A stretch of DNA of 61,314 nt. Origin: an uncultured Candidatus Saccharibacteria bacterium (GTDB taxonomy: Bacteria; Patescibacteriota; JAUYIX01; CAYNWW01). The stretch lies in the NCBI GenBank assembly GCA_964401055.1, contig CAYNWW010000001.1, positions 41,689-103,002 on the forward strand. The letters run 5' to 3'. Every line of letters begins with the position of its first letter. Within the stretch, counting starts at the first letter, position 1. Of the stretch, positions 46,364 through 53,989 are shown one piece after another. The notes under the pieces were generated by a model. It was not told the DNA's origin, ran no database searches, and saw only the letters and a program-made list of their open reading frames with translations. Position numbers and translations under genes: made by a program.

Positions 46364-46508
46364 AGCTAATCCGTATCTCTCCAACCTCCCTGTTCCGGGG
46401 CAAGGCAGTTTGGAGAGATACGGATTAGCTTAAATTTTATTTGATGGGTTGGATTCCTCTCTCGCGTTGCCGTTCCGGGGCAAGCAACTTGCGAGAAGAA
46501 AGGAAACC
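46364..46508 (-). promoter_or_regulatory. Two tandem RNA hairpins with a shared 13-nt apical sequence in the prfB-ftsE spacer
   Basis: Hairpin 1 has a perfect 21-bp stem (46364-46384 / 46410-46430). Hairpin 2 has an imperfect stem over 46451-46508. Both apices carry GTTCCGGGGCAAG (46392-46404 and 46472-46484). Confidence 0.4.
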
Positions 46509-46517
46509 TCAGTTTTG

Positions 46518-47619
46518 TTATGTGATGTTTGCGCGCAGGGCGTGTTCGATAAATGTGTCGATGTGTCCATCCAGGACGGCGTCCACGTTGGATTCTTCGT
46601 AATTGGTGCGGTGGTCTTTGACGAGGCGGTACGGCTGCAACACGTAGGAGCGTATCTGATTGCCAAATTCTGCAGTGACATGCTCGCCTTTCATGCGTTT
46701 TTTTTCTTGCTCGTGGGCTAAGCGTTCGCGTTCGAAGAGTTTTGCGCGGAGGATTTTCATGGCCGCTTCTCTGTTTTGATGCTGAGAGCGCTCGCTCTGG
46801 CAGGCAACCACGATGCCGGACGGGATATGGGTGAAGCGGACAGCGGAGGATGTTTTGTTCACGTGCTGGCCGCCGGCGCCGCTTGCTCGAAAAGTGTCAA
46901 CGCGGAGGTCTTCTTTGCGGATTTCAAATTGTTTTTCTGCGATCACGGGCAGTACTTCCACAAGTGCAAATGAAGTCTGGCGGAGATGATCGGAGTTGAA
47001 TGGCGATAGACGCACCAGTCGATGCACGCCCGCTTCGGTGCGCAGATTGCCATAGGCATACGTGCCTGATATTTCAAGCACTGCGCTTTTGATCCCTGCT
47101 TCGGCGCCTTCAATTTTCGTCACGACTGTGATCGAAAATCCTTTTTCTTCCGCGTAGCGTGTATACATGCGCAGGAGCATATCGGCCCAATCCATGGCGT
47201 CCACTCCCCCGGCGCCTGCGTGGATCGAAAGGATGGCGTCGCCGCGATCGTATTCGCCGCTCAGCAAAAGTTCAATTTCTTTTTGCTCGAATGTGGCGGT
47301 TAGTTTTTGTAACGTGCCGGTAATCTCTTTTTCCAATTCAGCGCTTGAGGCGTCTTGTCCCACAAGTTCGGCCAGTTCCTGGATATAGTGTACTTCTTTT
47401 TCAAAGTCTTGCCAAAACACCACCTCAGCGCGCAGCGCCTCGGCTTGTTTGATAATTTCTTGAGCTTCGCTCGCGTCGTGAGATTGCCAAAAATCCGTCG
47501 CGCTGATTTGCGCGTCTAGTGCCGCGAGATCCTGAGCTACGTGGCGCTTGTCAAAGATACTCCTTGCGCTTGAGCAGCTTTTGGGCTAATTCTTGAATTT
47601 GCGACGCAAGTGATTGCAT
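46518..47619 (-). CDS. prfB: Peptide chain release factor 2, with programmed +1 frameshift
   Basis: Frame 0 starts at ATG 47619 and gives MQSLASQIQELAQKLLKRKEYL, then CTT TGA C at 47556-47550, preceded by AAGGAG. The +1 frame joins ORF 46518..47423. SPF and GGQ motifs are present. Total 366 codons. Confidence 0.93.
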
Positions 47620-47628
47620 GGCGTGATG

Positions 47629-48693
47629 TTAGGCCTCGTCGATGATTCGATCGAGAAATTTGATGCTGTTGTATGTTTCTTTTGCGCGCGCACCACCGCG
47701 GAAATAATTGTGAAGGTAGATTGGCTTGGGCGAAAGCTCGAGATTGATCACGCCGGTTTTTACGACGCCTGTTTTTTGGATGAGCAGCTTGATGAGCTCT
47801 TCGCTTTCTTCTTCTGTTTCTACGTCATAAATTTTGCCGTGCTTGTCGGCGTCGCCAGTGATGCGCATGGGCACGCGAAGTCGGGCGAAATATTTTGGAT
47901 ATGGGCTTGAATGTGGAGCTGGGCGTTCGGTCGGGAGAACTTGTGGATGATTGATGTGCGCGTAATTAATCAAATGTGCATAGGTGGTGATTGCTTTGCG
48001 CGCAGCCTTGAAGTCACCCTTCATGTTGATCAGTGTGTGACTCAGATCCATGGTGATGCCGACGTGCGCATCGATGTTCTGCGTTTTGCACCATGCGTTA
48101 ACAGTCTCTGCAACTGCAGCCACATTTTCATACGTATATCCGAAGCAATTGGAGAATCCATTCATCACGTCAATCTCGAGTGAGATCTGGACGCGCTGCT
48201 CTGCTGCGAGCTGCATGTTTTCTTTGAATTGATTGGAAATAACTTTTGTCATGCTGTCGTGATTTTCCGGACATACGGAGTTGTCGAGGTGAAACACGAG
48301 TAATGCGCGCGGTGCGTGTGTGCCGTCACTGAGTTGGCGTACGAGCTTGATTTGTGCAGCGATCGCGCGTACATTTTTATCGTAATCACTGAGGTTGCCT
48401 AAGAAAACAGCATTTTGAGGACGATGCGGCGGCGCAATGCCAATCATGCCGTGATAAGTCCCAACATTTTTCAATACTCCCCGCTCGTGATCGCGGACAA
48501 ATGCCGCAACTTCGTGTTCGCGAATGCTCCAGTCTGAATTAAAATAAGAACGCAGTGGAACATGCGCCTCAATTTGGCGATTGCACTCGGTGAGAAGTTT
48601 CCGCGAATAGGTCGTCCAAGGCAATTTGGACATCGCGTGGTAATACCGTAAATGTAGCTCAGGAATGACGATTTCGACGTTTTTTCTATTCAT
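47629..48693 (-). CDS. Xylose-isomerase-like TIM-barrel protein with an Endo IV-like metal-ligand pattern
   Basis: VFHLDN, SLEIDV, MDLSH, AHINH, DADKHG and INLE, in the order and spacing of the Endo IV ligands. Otherwise divergent. Confidence 0.5.
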   Translation of the reverse strand: MNRKNVEIVIPELHLRYYHAMSKLPWTTYSRKLLTECNRQIEAHVPLRSYFNSDWSIREHEVAAFVRDHERGVLKNVGTYHGMIGIAPPHRPQNAVFLGNLSDYDKNVRAIAAQIKLVRQLSDGTHAPRALLVFHLDNSVCPENHDSMTKVISNQFKENMQLAAEQRVQISLEIDVMNGFSNCFGYTYENVAAVAETVNAWCKTQNIDAHVGITMDLSHTLINMKGDFKAARKAITTYAHLINYAHINHPQVLPTERPAPHSSPYPKYFARLRVPMRITGDADKHGKIYDVETEEESEELIKLLIQKTGVVKTGVINLELSPKPIYLHNYFRGGARAKETYNSIKFLDRIIDEA

Positions 48694-48712
48694 CGGCGTG
48701 GGTTATAAAAGC

Positions 48713-49429
48713 TCATGTATAAAGGTATAATATACAATTTACCATCGCAAAAGTCAATCCGTGTGCGAGCATCGCCGACGCCAGCCCTTTTTTCCAATAC
48801 AGTACGCCGTAGACCAATTGAGGTACTGCAAAAATCGCTATGCCCAGAGTGGTTGTTTGCGGGTTCGATAGCCACTGCATGTGCACTGTGCTTGACGGGA
48901 GAGACAAAAATCCTGCTGCGATGCCTGTGAGTAAAATCGCTCCGGCAGCCGCAATTTTTCGCGGGAGATGGAGTGCGGTGGCAAGTGCCGCGATGACGCT
49001 GAACCCAAACCAGCGGAATACTATTTCTTGTGTGAGCGCATGATATGGTGCGAGTTCAGCGATATAGACGAGCGGAAGATGGGGGAAAAAATTGCCTGCT
49101 GCGGGCACAAACAATCGGCTCGCGAGTGCAAGTCCTCCAACCAAAACTACGAGTCCCACGCTTGCAAAAAATCCCGCAAGTACCCCGCCCTTTTCGATGA
49201 GTTGCAGATCAAACGTGCGAGCCATTGTGGTGCCAATGACCGTCATGACGCTCAGCAGCCCAGCAATCAGCGCAATGAGCAGCAAAAATGTGAGCCCAAG
49301 GTGCGGCGAGATTTCGGCAAGCGATGAGTGAAACGTCGCAAACGTGCTAATGAGCAGCGGGAGTATTCCGATGAATGCCGCGCAAAAAAGAATGGTATTT
49401 GTTTTGATATGGTGATGTCCGACTGTCAT
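48713..49429 (-). CDS. CPBP-family (CAAX/Rce1-like) intramembrane protease homologue
   Basis: The ATG at 49429 gives MTVGHHH. 6-7 TM helices. QEIVFRWFG (a variant of EExxxR) and HGLTFAMVN (the H...N motif). Confidence 0.65.
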   Translation of the reverse strand: MTVGHHHIKTNTILFCAAFIGILPLLISTFATFHSSLAEISPHLGLTFLLLIALIAGLLSVMTVIGTTMARTFDLQLIEKGGVLAGFFASVGLVVLVGGLALASRLFVPAAGNFFPHLPLVYIAELAPYHALTQEIVFRWFGFSVIAALATALHLPRKIAAAGAILLTGIAAGFLSLPSSTVHMQWLSNPQTTTLGIAIFAVPQLVYGVLYWKKGLASAMLAHGLTFAMVNCILYLYT

Positions 49430-49436
49430 GTGCGCG

Positions 49437-50573
49437 TTAGTTGTTTTTGAGGGATGCGCCGATGCCGCTGATTTGCTGCATGAGGCCTTCTTGTGCGCCT
49501 TCGCCTTGAGTGTGAACAAACTCGATAAATCCTTCGTCGTTCATTACACGTTTGACGAGAAATGGAATGATGTCCGTGACGTGGTGCAATTGGGCGCCAC
49601 AATGAGTGCAGGTCATGGTTGCGGTGGATTCTTTTGTGGCAAGTGAGGAGCAGCTTTCGCAATGGAGGCCTTCGAATGCGGTATCAAAATCGACGATCAG
49701 TTCGTGGATCTGTCCTTTGTTGGCAGCCGCAATCACGTCTGCGATGCCGCGAACGCCGTGCATGCCAGATTGTGTGAGTGCGGTGATTTTCTTCACTTCT
49801 TCCGCGTGTTCATATGCACGCGCTTCGCGCTTAAATTGATCGATCAGCGCGGCATCCGGCTGGAAAAGCTCTGCGTGAAATGTACCGATGAGGTACTTGG
49901 TGAGATGCTCTGGGAGTAGACCGCGAATGCTGTCGAGAGTGCTTTTTGGTGCGCCGATGATGAGACGTTGTGCATGAGATTTTTTGAAAAATGTGTCGAC
50001 GAGTGCGATAAGCTTGCGTTCGTGATTTGTCTCGCGGCCGATGACTTGGCGATCGTGGTCGCTCTTTGAGTGATCATCGCCATGGCGAGCGGGCTCTTCC
50101 TGCTCTTCTTCGTGATGTTCGCGCGCGATCACGGCGCCTGCGTGAATCGCAAACAAGCGCACACGTTTTTTATCCAGCGCGGCTCCGACAAAGAGTTCTT
50201 CATTGTCGATGAGCGCCATGAGCGGATGCACAAAAAAGCTTTGGTCAACAAATAGTTGGGTTCGCACTTCGGTCTCGACTTCGATCACGCGCCAAATTTT
50301 TTCTTCGGCATTGGCAAAAATTACCAGGCCTTCAGTACCCTTTTTGATTTCCGGGTTGGCGCGAAACTCTGCGATCTGCGCAAACGTCTTGGTAAGCGAT
50401 TTGAGTTCGGCTTTGCTTGCGTACATGTTTTCGTAGCTCTTGATGAGATTTTTGAGGCGCAGCTCAAATTCCTGTTTGTGTGTGCCCTCTTCTTTGAGAT
50501 TGAGGTAGAGCGAGACGGACGGGCTTGTGGTGCGGATGAGCGCGATTTCTTTCAGTTCGTTGAAGGTAAACAT
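49437..50573 (-). CDS. Bacterial aeRF1/Pelota-like protein (baeRF-type) with a Zn-ribbon insert
   Basis: The ATG at 50573 gives MFTFNELKEIA...SVSLYLNL, the N-terminus typical of bacterial eRF1-like families. The C-terminus ...GIGASLK is comparable to GGI(A/G)xxLR in eRF1/Pelota. CESC...CTHC. The ORF-track extension to 50777 overlaps tRNA-Gly. Confidence 0.55.
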   Translation of the reverse strand: MFTFNELKEIALIRTTSPSVSLYLNLKEEGTHKQEFELRLKNLIKSYENMYASKAELKSLTKTFAQIAEFRANPEIKKGTEGLVIFANAEEKIWRVIEVETEVRTQLFVDQSFFVHPLMALIDNEELFVGAALDKKRVRLFAIHAGAVIAREHHEEEQEEPARHGDDHSKSDHDRQVIGRETNHERKLIALVDTFFKKSHAQRLIIGAPKSTLDSIRGLLPEHLTKYLIGTFHAELFQPDAALIDQFKREARAYEHAEEVKKITALTQSGMHGVRGIADVIAAANKGQIHELIVDFDTAFEGLHCESCSSLATKESTATMTCTHCGAQLHHVTDIIPFLVKRVMNDEGFIEFVHTQGEGAQEGLMQQISGIGASLKNN

Positions 50574-50660
50574 ATGCGTTCGTGTTACTGTTCTTATGCC
50601 TTTATTATAGCACTTCGTCTGGATAATTGTAGGGTGCGGCGCGGGTGCGGGTGGCTTAAA

Positions 50661-50689
50661 TTGCGAAAAATCGGGCGCGCTGCTATGAT
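50661..50689 (+). promoter_or_regulatory. Candidate promoter TTGCGA-17-TATGAT for tRNA-Gly
   Basis: -35 at 50661-50666 and -10 at 50684-50689, 31 nt upstream of the tRNA 5' end. Confidence 0.35.
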
Positions 50690-50720
50690 GGACGTGTTCG
50701 CGCTTGGTGCGCGTCGCTGT

Positions 50721-50795
50721 GCGGGCGTAGTTTAGCGGTAGAATGTCTGCTTCCCAAGCAGAAGATCGTGGGTTCAAATCCCATCGCCCGCTCCA
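50721..50795 (+). tRNA. tRNA-Gly (anticodon CCC), CCA encoded
   Basis: Acceptor GCGGGCG/CGCCCGC, anticodon loop UUCCCAA, T-loop GGUUCAAAUCC. Confidence 0.92.
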
Positions 50796-50807
50796 AATTG
50801 GTGAAAG

Positions 50808-50838
50808 AAAAATCGGCCTTCGCGGCCGATTTTGTTTT
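50808..50838. terminator. Bidirectional intrinsic terminator
   Basis: AAAAATCGGCC-TTCGC-GGCCGATTTTGTTTT, between tRNA-Gly (+) and the Nudix gene (-). Confidence 0.6.
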
Positions 50839-51316
50839 ACATAAGTATTATGTTGGTCGGGTGCCCCATGTTTTTCCGATACATCTCCAGCGCATCCGCA
50901 TGGTCAAATGCGATTTGGTCCTGGGGCGGCAGGTCGTCCGGCGCGAACCACTGGAGGCGAGAAACTTCATCGTCTTTTGTCGGGTGCTGGGTTGTCGCGC
51001 GAGCGACAAAAACAAAGTCCACATTTTGACGATCTTCGGCTGGGCGGTGCGGATTTGTGTTGATGAGGAGCGGCTGAATGTCGGTCACTTCCCACCCGCT
51101 TTCTTCAAGGATTTCGCGCGCGGCGGCTTCGGTTGCGGATTCGTCGCGCGACATGTAGCCGCCAAGCAAACCCCACTTCCCTGCCTCGAGCATGATTTTT
51201 CCCGGCACGAGTGCGCGCTTGCCCAAGAGAATTTTTTCGTCTTTCACTACGATGGTGCTGACGGTGACGTGGCGCAGCTCGGCTGAGTTTCCATTTTCAA
51301 ATGCGCAGGTGATCAT
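50837..51316 (-). CDS. NUDIX hydrolase
   Basis: Nudix box GGYMSRDESATEAAAREILEESG. Confidence 0.88.
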   Translation of the reverse strand: MITCAFENGNSAELRHVTVSTIVVKDEKILLGKRALVPGKIMLEAGKWGLLGGYMSRDESATEAAAREILEESGWEVTDIQPLLINTNPHRPAEDRQNVDFVFVARATTQHPTKDDEVSRLQWFAPDDLPPQDQIAFDHADALEMYRKNMGHPTNIILM

Positions 51317-51330
51317 GGGCGTGGCGTGAT

Positions 51331-51940
51331 TTATTTGTTGATGAAATGCGCGACGATGCCGCGGGGCTTGAGGAGTTTGCCTTCGATCAGCCAGCGTCCA
51401 CGTGTAAATTTTATACCGTTTTCTTCGAGTGTGACAACATCGTCTGAAATATCTGTGATAATTGCGAATCGATCACCCTTCTGTAGGTATGATAACTCGT
51501 TTTGATATGACACTTTGCCCCCCCCCGTGAGAAAATTGCGATCCCAGCTGTTTATGATGAAGTATTCGTTGTTTATTTTTGTTGCATTGCCTGTCGTTGC
51601 AATAGTTCCGATTATGGCTAATGTGGAAATGGCCAGGATTGATGCGATGAAGATAATTTTTTTGCTCGATTGATTCTAAATCCTCATTGCGCAATTCCCG
51701 CCAGCCTACAAGATACGAGACATTCAGAATTATAAATGCGGCAAATGGTATCCACGCAGGATTGAAGTGCAATAGTGTATTGCTTCGCCATTCGGATATA
51801 AAGTTTACTGATGTGACGGTTATCAATGCTGCAAGCACCTTGAATGCTTTTTCGTATGCTTTGTGAAATATCGCAATCTAGCGTTCATCGGTCGGTTTTG
51901 CTTGGAACCAGAGGATGTTGTTGAAAAATGGTTTTTTCAT
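51331..51940 (-). pseudogene. Disrupted membrane-protein gene (in-frame TAG plus a frameshift at an A7 run). Its N-terminal module is paralogous to 51949..52590.
   Basis: MKKPFFNNILWFQAKPTDER-TAG(51880-51878)-IAIFHKAYEKAF...YLVGWRELRNEDLESIEQK parallels ALWFLRSPQDERENALYQKAYHNAF...YLVGWLALKNEELIEIQ. After the A7 run (51663-51657) the +1 frame continues KKIIFIASILAISTLAIIG... up to ORF 51331..51513. Confidence 0.55.
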
Positions 51941-51948
51941 TTTGGTGA

Positions 51949-52590
51949 TTAATAAATTGTAGTCGTGGTTGTGCTGCTCGTTGCCCCAAAGATCAGTACG
52001 TATGCTCCGAGCATGAGTGCGCCGATGATAATTGTTGTGAATATTGCGTTGATGATGCGCTTGCCCACTGGTGCAGTCGGCTCCAGGAAAAATCCGATCG
52101 TTTGGATTGGGAACAGGAGGCAAATTGGGATGCGGATGAAGAGCGGGACGCCTGCGGTGAGGTCTTTTGCGGTAAGGTACACATAGGAAATCGTACTCAC
52201 GCCGGCGATGATCGCAAATGGAAGTGCTGCGCTAAGAAAGATTTTTGCCAGCAAAGCGACGCCTGCGATGAAGATGGTGAGCATGATCGCAATAATCCAT
52301 ATTGGCGAGACGCTGCGTTTGCTTTGGTTGGATTGAATTTCTATTAACTCTTCATTCTTGAGTGCAAGCCAGCCGACAAGATATGCGATCGCAAATGCGA
52401 GCAGGATGATTGCTCGGACGTGAACTAGGTCGACACGCGTGTCAGTTCCAAAAAGCGAAATCCCCACAATCGCGGCGCTCGCAATCGCGCCGAGGGTGAA
52501 GAAGGCGTTGTGGTAGGCTTTTTGGTAGAGAGCGTTTTCGCGTTCGTCTTGAGGACTGCGAAGAAACCAAAGGGCGTTTGACTGCTTCAT
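51949..52590 (-). CDS. Multi-pass membrane protein downstream of an XRE regulator (DUF2178-like arrangement)
   Basis: 213 aa, about 5 TM helices. Starts 8 nt after the HTH gene. Confidence 0.6.
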   Translation of the reverse strand: MKQSNALWFLRSPQDERENALYQKAYHNAFFTLGAIASAAIVGISLFGTDTRVDLVHVRAIILLAFAIAYLVGWLALKNEELIEIQSNQSKRSVSPIWIIAIMLTIFIAGVALLAKIFLSAALPFAIIAGVSTISYVYLTAKDLTAGVPLFIRIPICLLFPIQTIGFFLEPTAPVGKRIINAIFTTIIIGALMLGAYVLIFGATSSTTTTTIY

Positions 52591-52598
52591 ATGCGTAA

Positions 52599-52808
52599 TT
52601 ATGAATTAAATGTAAAAATCTGTTCGATGGACGTGTTGAACAGGCGCGCGGCCTTGTGCGCGAGGTAGAGCGTGGGCTGGTATTTGCCTTGCTCGATCGC
52701 GTTGATGGTCTGGCGGGTGACTTCGAGGCGCTGGGCCAGTTCCTCTTGGGTGAGGTTGGCCTGGACGCGGAAGTCCTTAAGATGAGAAATGAGGGGTGGT
52801 GTGGGCAT
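52599..52808 (-). CDS. XRE-family helix-turn-helix transcriptional regulator (short, YozG-like)
   Basis: LTQEELAQRLEVTRQTINAIEQGKY.P.L.LA.K.A..F...IE.IF. Confidence 0.88.
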   Translation of the reverse strand: MPTPPLISHLKDFRVQANLTQEELAQRLEVTRQTINAIEQGKYQPTLYLAHKAARLFNTSIEQIFTFNS

Positions 52809-52850
52809 GGCGCGTAGAGGTGAAATGTAAAATACTCTTTACTTATTGAG

Positions 52851-52879
52851 AGTGTAAAGCATGTTTTACATAATGTCAA
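52851..52879 (-). promoter_or_regulatory. Promoter TTGACA-17-TACACT overlapped by the palindrome TGTAAAGCATGTTTTACA (candidate XRE operator)
   Basis: On the minus strand, -35 is at 52879..52874 and -10 at 52856..52851. The palindrome is at 52853-52870. Extra TGTAAAA/TTTTACA half-sites lie at 52826-52833 and 52885-52891. Confidence 0.5.
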
Positions 52880-52907
52880 GAGAGTTTTACATTTTGTGAT
52901 TTTGACG

Positions 52908-52937
52908 AAAAAGAAAAAACCGATCTGTGTGATCGGC
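52908..52937 (-). terminator. Intrinsic terminator of the 52947..53735 gene
   Basis: On the minus strand: CCGATC-ACACA-GATCGG followed by TTTTTTCTTTTT. Confidence 0.6.
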
Positions 52938-52946
52938 CTGAATGAA

Positions 52947-53735
52947 TCATTTTGCGGTTGCAATTCGTCCAATTGCGTTATACTCGTTTTCTATTCGTTG
53001 GAGCGCATATTGTTCTGCTTGAGTGAGCTTAAAGCCCTCAGAAATTGCGCGTTCTATAATTAGTTTGAGCACAAGTTCGCTGCCTCGAGCGTCTGATGAC
53101 TCAATGTGTATCTCGCTGACCCACCGTTGAAGATAGTTCAGCTCTTGGTGAGCTTTATTGAAAATGCTCTTCAGTGGTTTTTTTATGTCCGCAAGTCTTC
53201 GTTTTCCTACTCCTATCTCATTTGCAAGTCTATTAAAGCCCTCGATGAAATAGCTTATTCGCTGCACTAAGGAGCGCAAGTATATTATCCGACCATAGGC
53301 GATTGCGGGACTTGCTGGTTCGTGCGAGCTATGAAAACCGACTCCATAGCGTTTTTCGAACTGAGCCGCGCTTCTTTTTGCAGCATTCGCGCATCCACTT
53401 GCACGTTGTGTGAGCTCTGTGTCAGAAGCACTCTTTGCCGCACGAGCCTTCTTGCTGGCGCTTTGTACTAAGTCTCTATTCTCAATCCATTGATGAAGAA
53501 AGCTTCTTTCTTGGTCTCGTGTTTCAATCGCTTTGTGAGCTTTATCTTGCCATTCAATGCGGTCTTTTCCCGTCTTAAAAGACAGCTTCTTGATGTTTAG
53601 AAGTTGGTCTGAGATTTGAGTAATTTCTTCCGATAGGTTCTCGATTCGAGCAAAGGCGTCGTCAAATGACGATGGTGGATTATTCGCGCCGAAAGGTCTT
53701 GATGTCGTCTCCTGCTCTCTAGCTGCCGCTTGCAT
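52947..53735 (-). CDS. Hypothetical helical protein (262 aa)
   Basis: The ATG at 53735 lies 7 nt after AGGAGGG. The longer TTG-start ORF to 53792 has less support. No motif recognised. Confidence 0.6.
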   Translation of the reverse strand: MQAAAREQETTSRPFGANNPPSSFDDAFARIENLSEEITQISDQLLNIKKLSFKTGKDRIEWQDKAHKAIETRDQERSFLHQWIENRDLVQSASKKARAAKSASDTELTQRASGCANAAKRSAAQFEKRYGVGFHSSHEPASPAIAYGRIIYLRSLVQRISYFIEGFNRLANEIGVGKRRLADIKKPLKSIFNKAHQELNYLQRWVSEIHIESSDARGSELVLKLIIERAISEGFKLTQAEQYALQRIENEYNAIGRIATAK

Positions 53736-53832
53736 GAAAATGCCCTCCTGTTTGGGTCTCAGCCAGTATGGCACGGTCGGGCGAAAAGTCAAGGGTTGAG
53801 CTTCATGAGCAGACGTGTTATTATGGCCATGC

Positions 53833-53907
53833 GCCGGAGTAGCTCAGTGGTAGAGCGGCTGTTTCGTAAACAGTAGGTCGCGAGTCCGATTCTCGCCTTC
53901 GGCTCCA
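53833..53907 (+). tRNA. tRNA-Thr (anticodon CGU), CCA encoded
   Basis: Acceptor GCCGGAG/CUUCGGC, D-arm AGCUCAGUGGUAGAGC, anticodon loop UUCGUAA. The T-loop UCCGAUU is slightly non-canonical. Confidence 0.85.
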
Positions 53908-53929
53908 GAAGATAATTTGTGTGTTATGA

Positions 53930-53958
53930 AAAATACCGCCCAGCTGGGCGGTATTTTG
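53930..53958. terminator. Bidirectional intrinsic terminator
   Basis: AAAAATACCGCCC-AGCT-GGGCGGTATTTTG. Confidence 0.6.
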
Positions 53959-53989
53959 ATTGTTAAACATATGAATAAAAAATCCGACT

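Noticed and set aside
50574-50777. The 5' extension of the aeRF1-like ORF (the track gives 49437..50777).
   Set aside because: It would run through tRNA-Gly (50721-50795) on the opposite strand. The family-typical N-terminus starts at ATG 50573.
50768-51286. The plus-strand ORF of 172 aa after tRNA-Gly.
   Set aside because: It is antisense to a clear NUDIX hydrolase (the Nudix box is on the minus strand), starts inside the tRNA and spans the terminator.
51518-51526. The C9 (G9 on the coding strand) homopolymer as a frameshift or phase-variation site.
   Set aside because: The reading frame passes through it intact (…LTGGGKVSY…). The actual frame break in this gene is at the A7 run (51657-51663).
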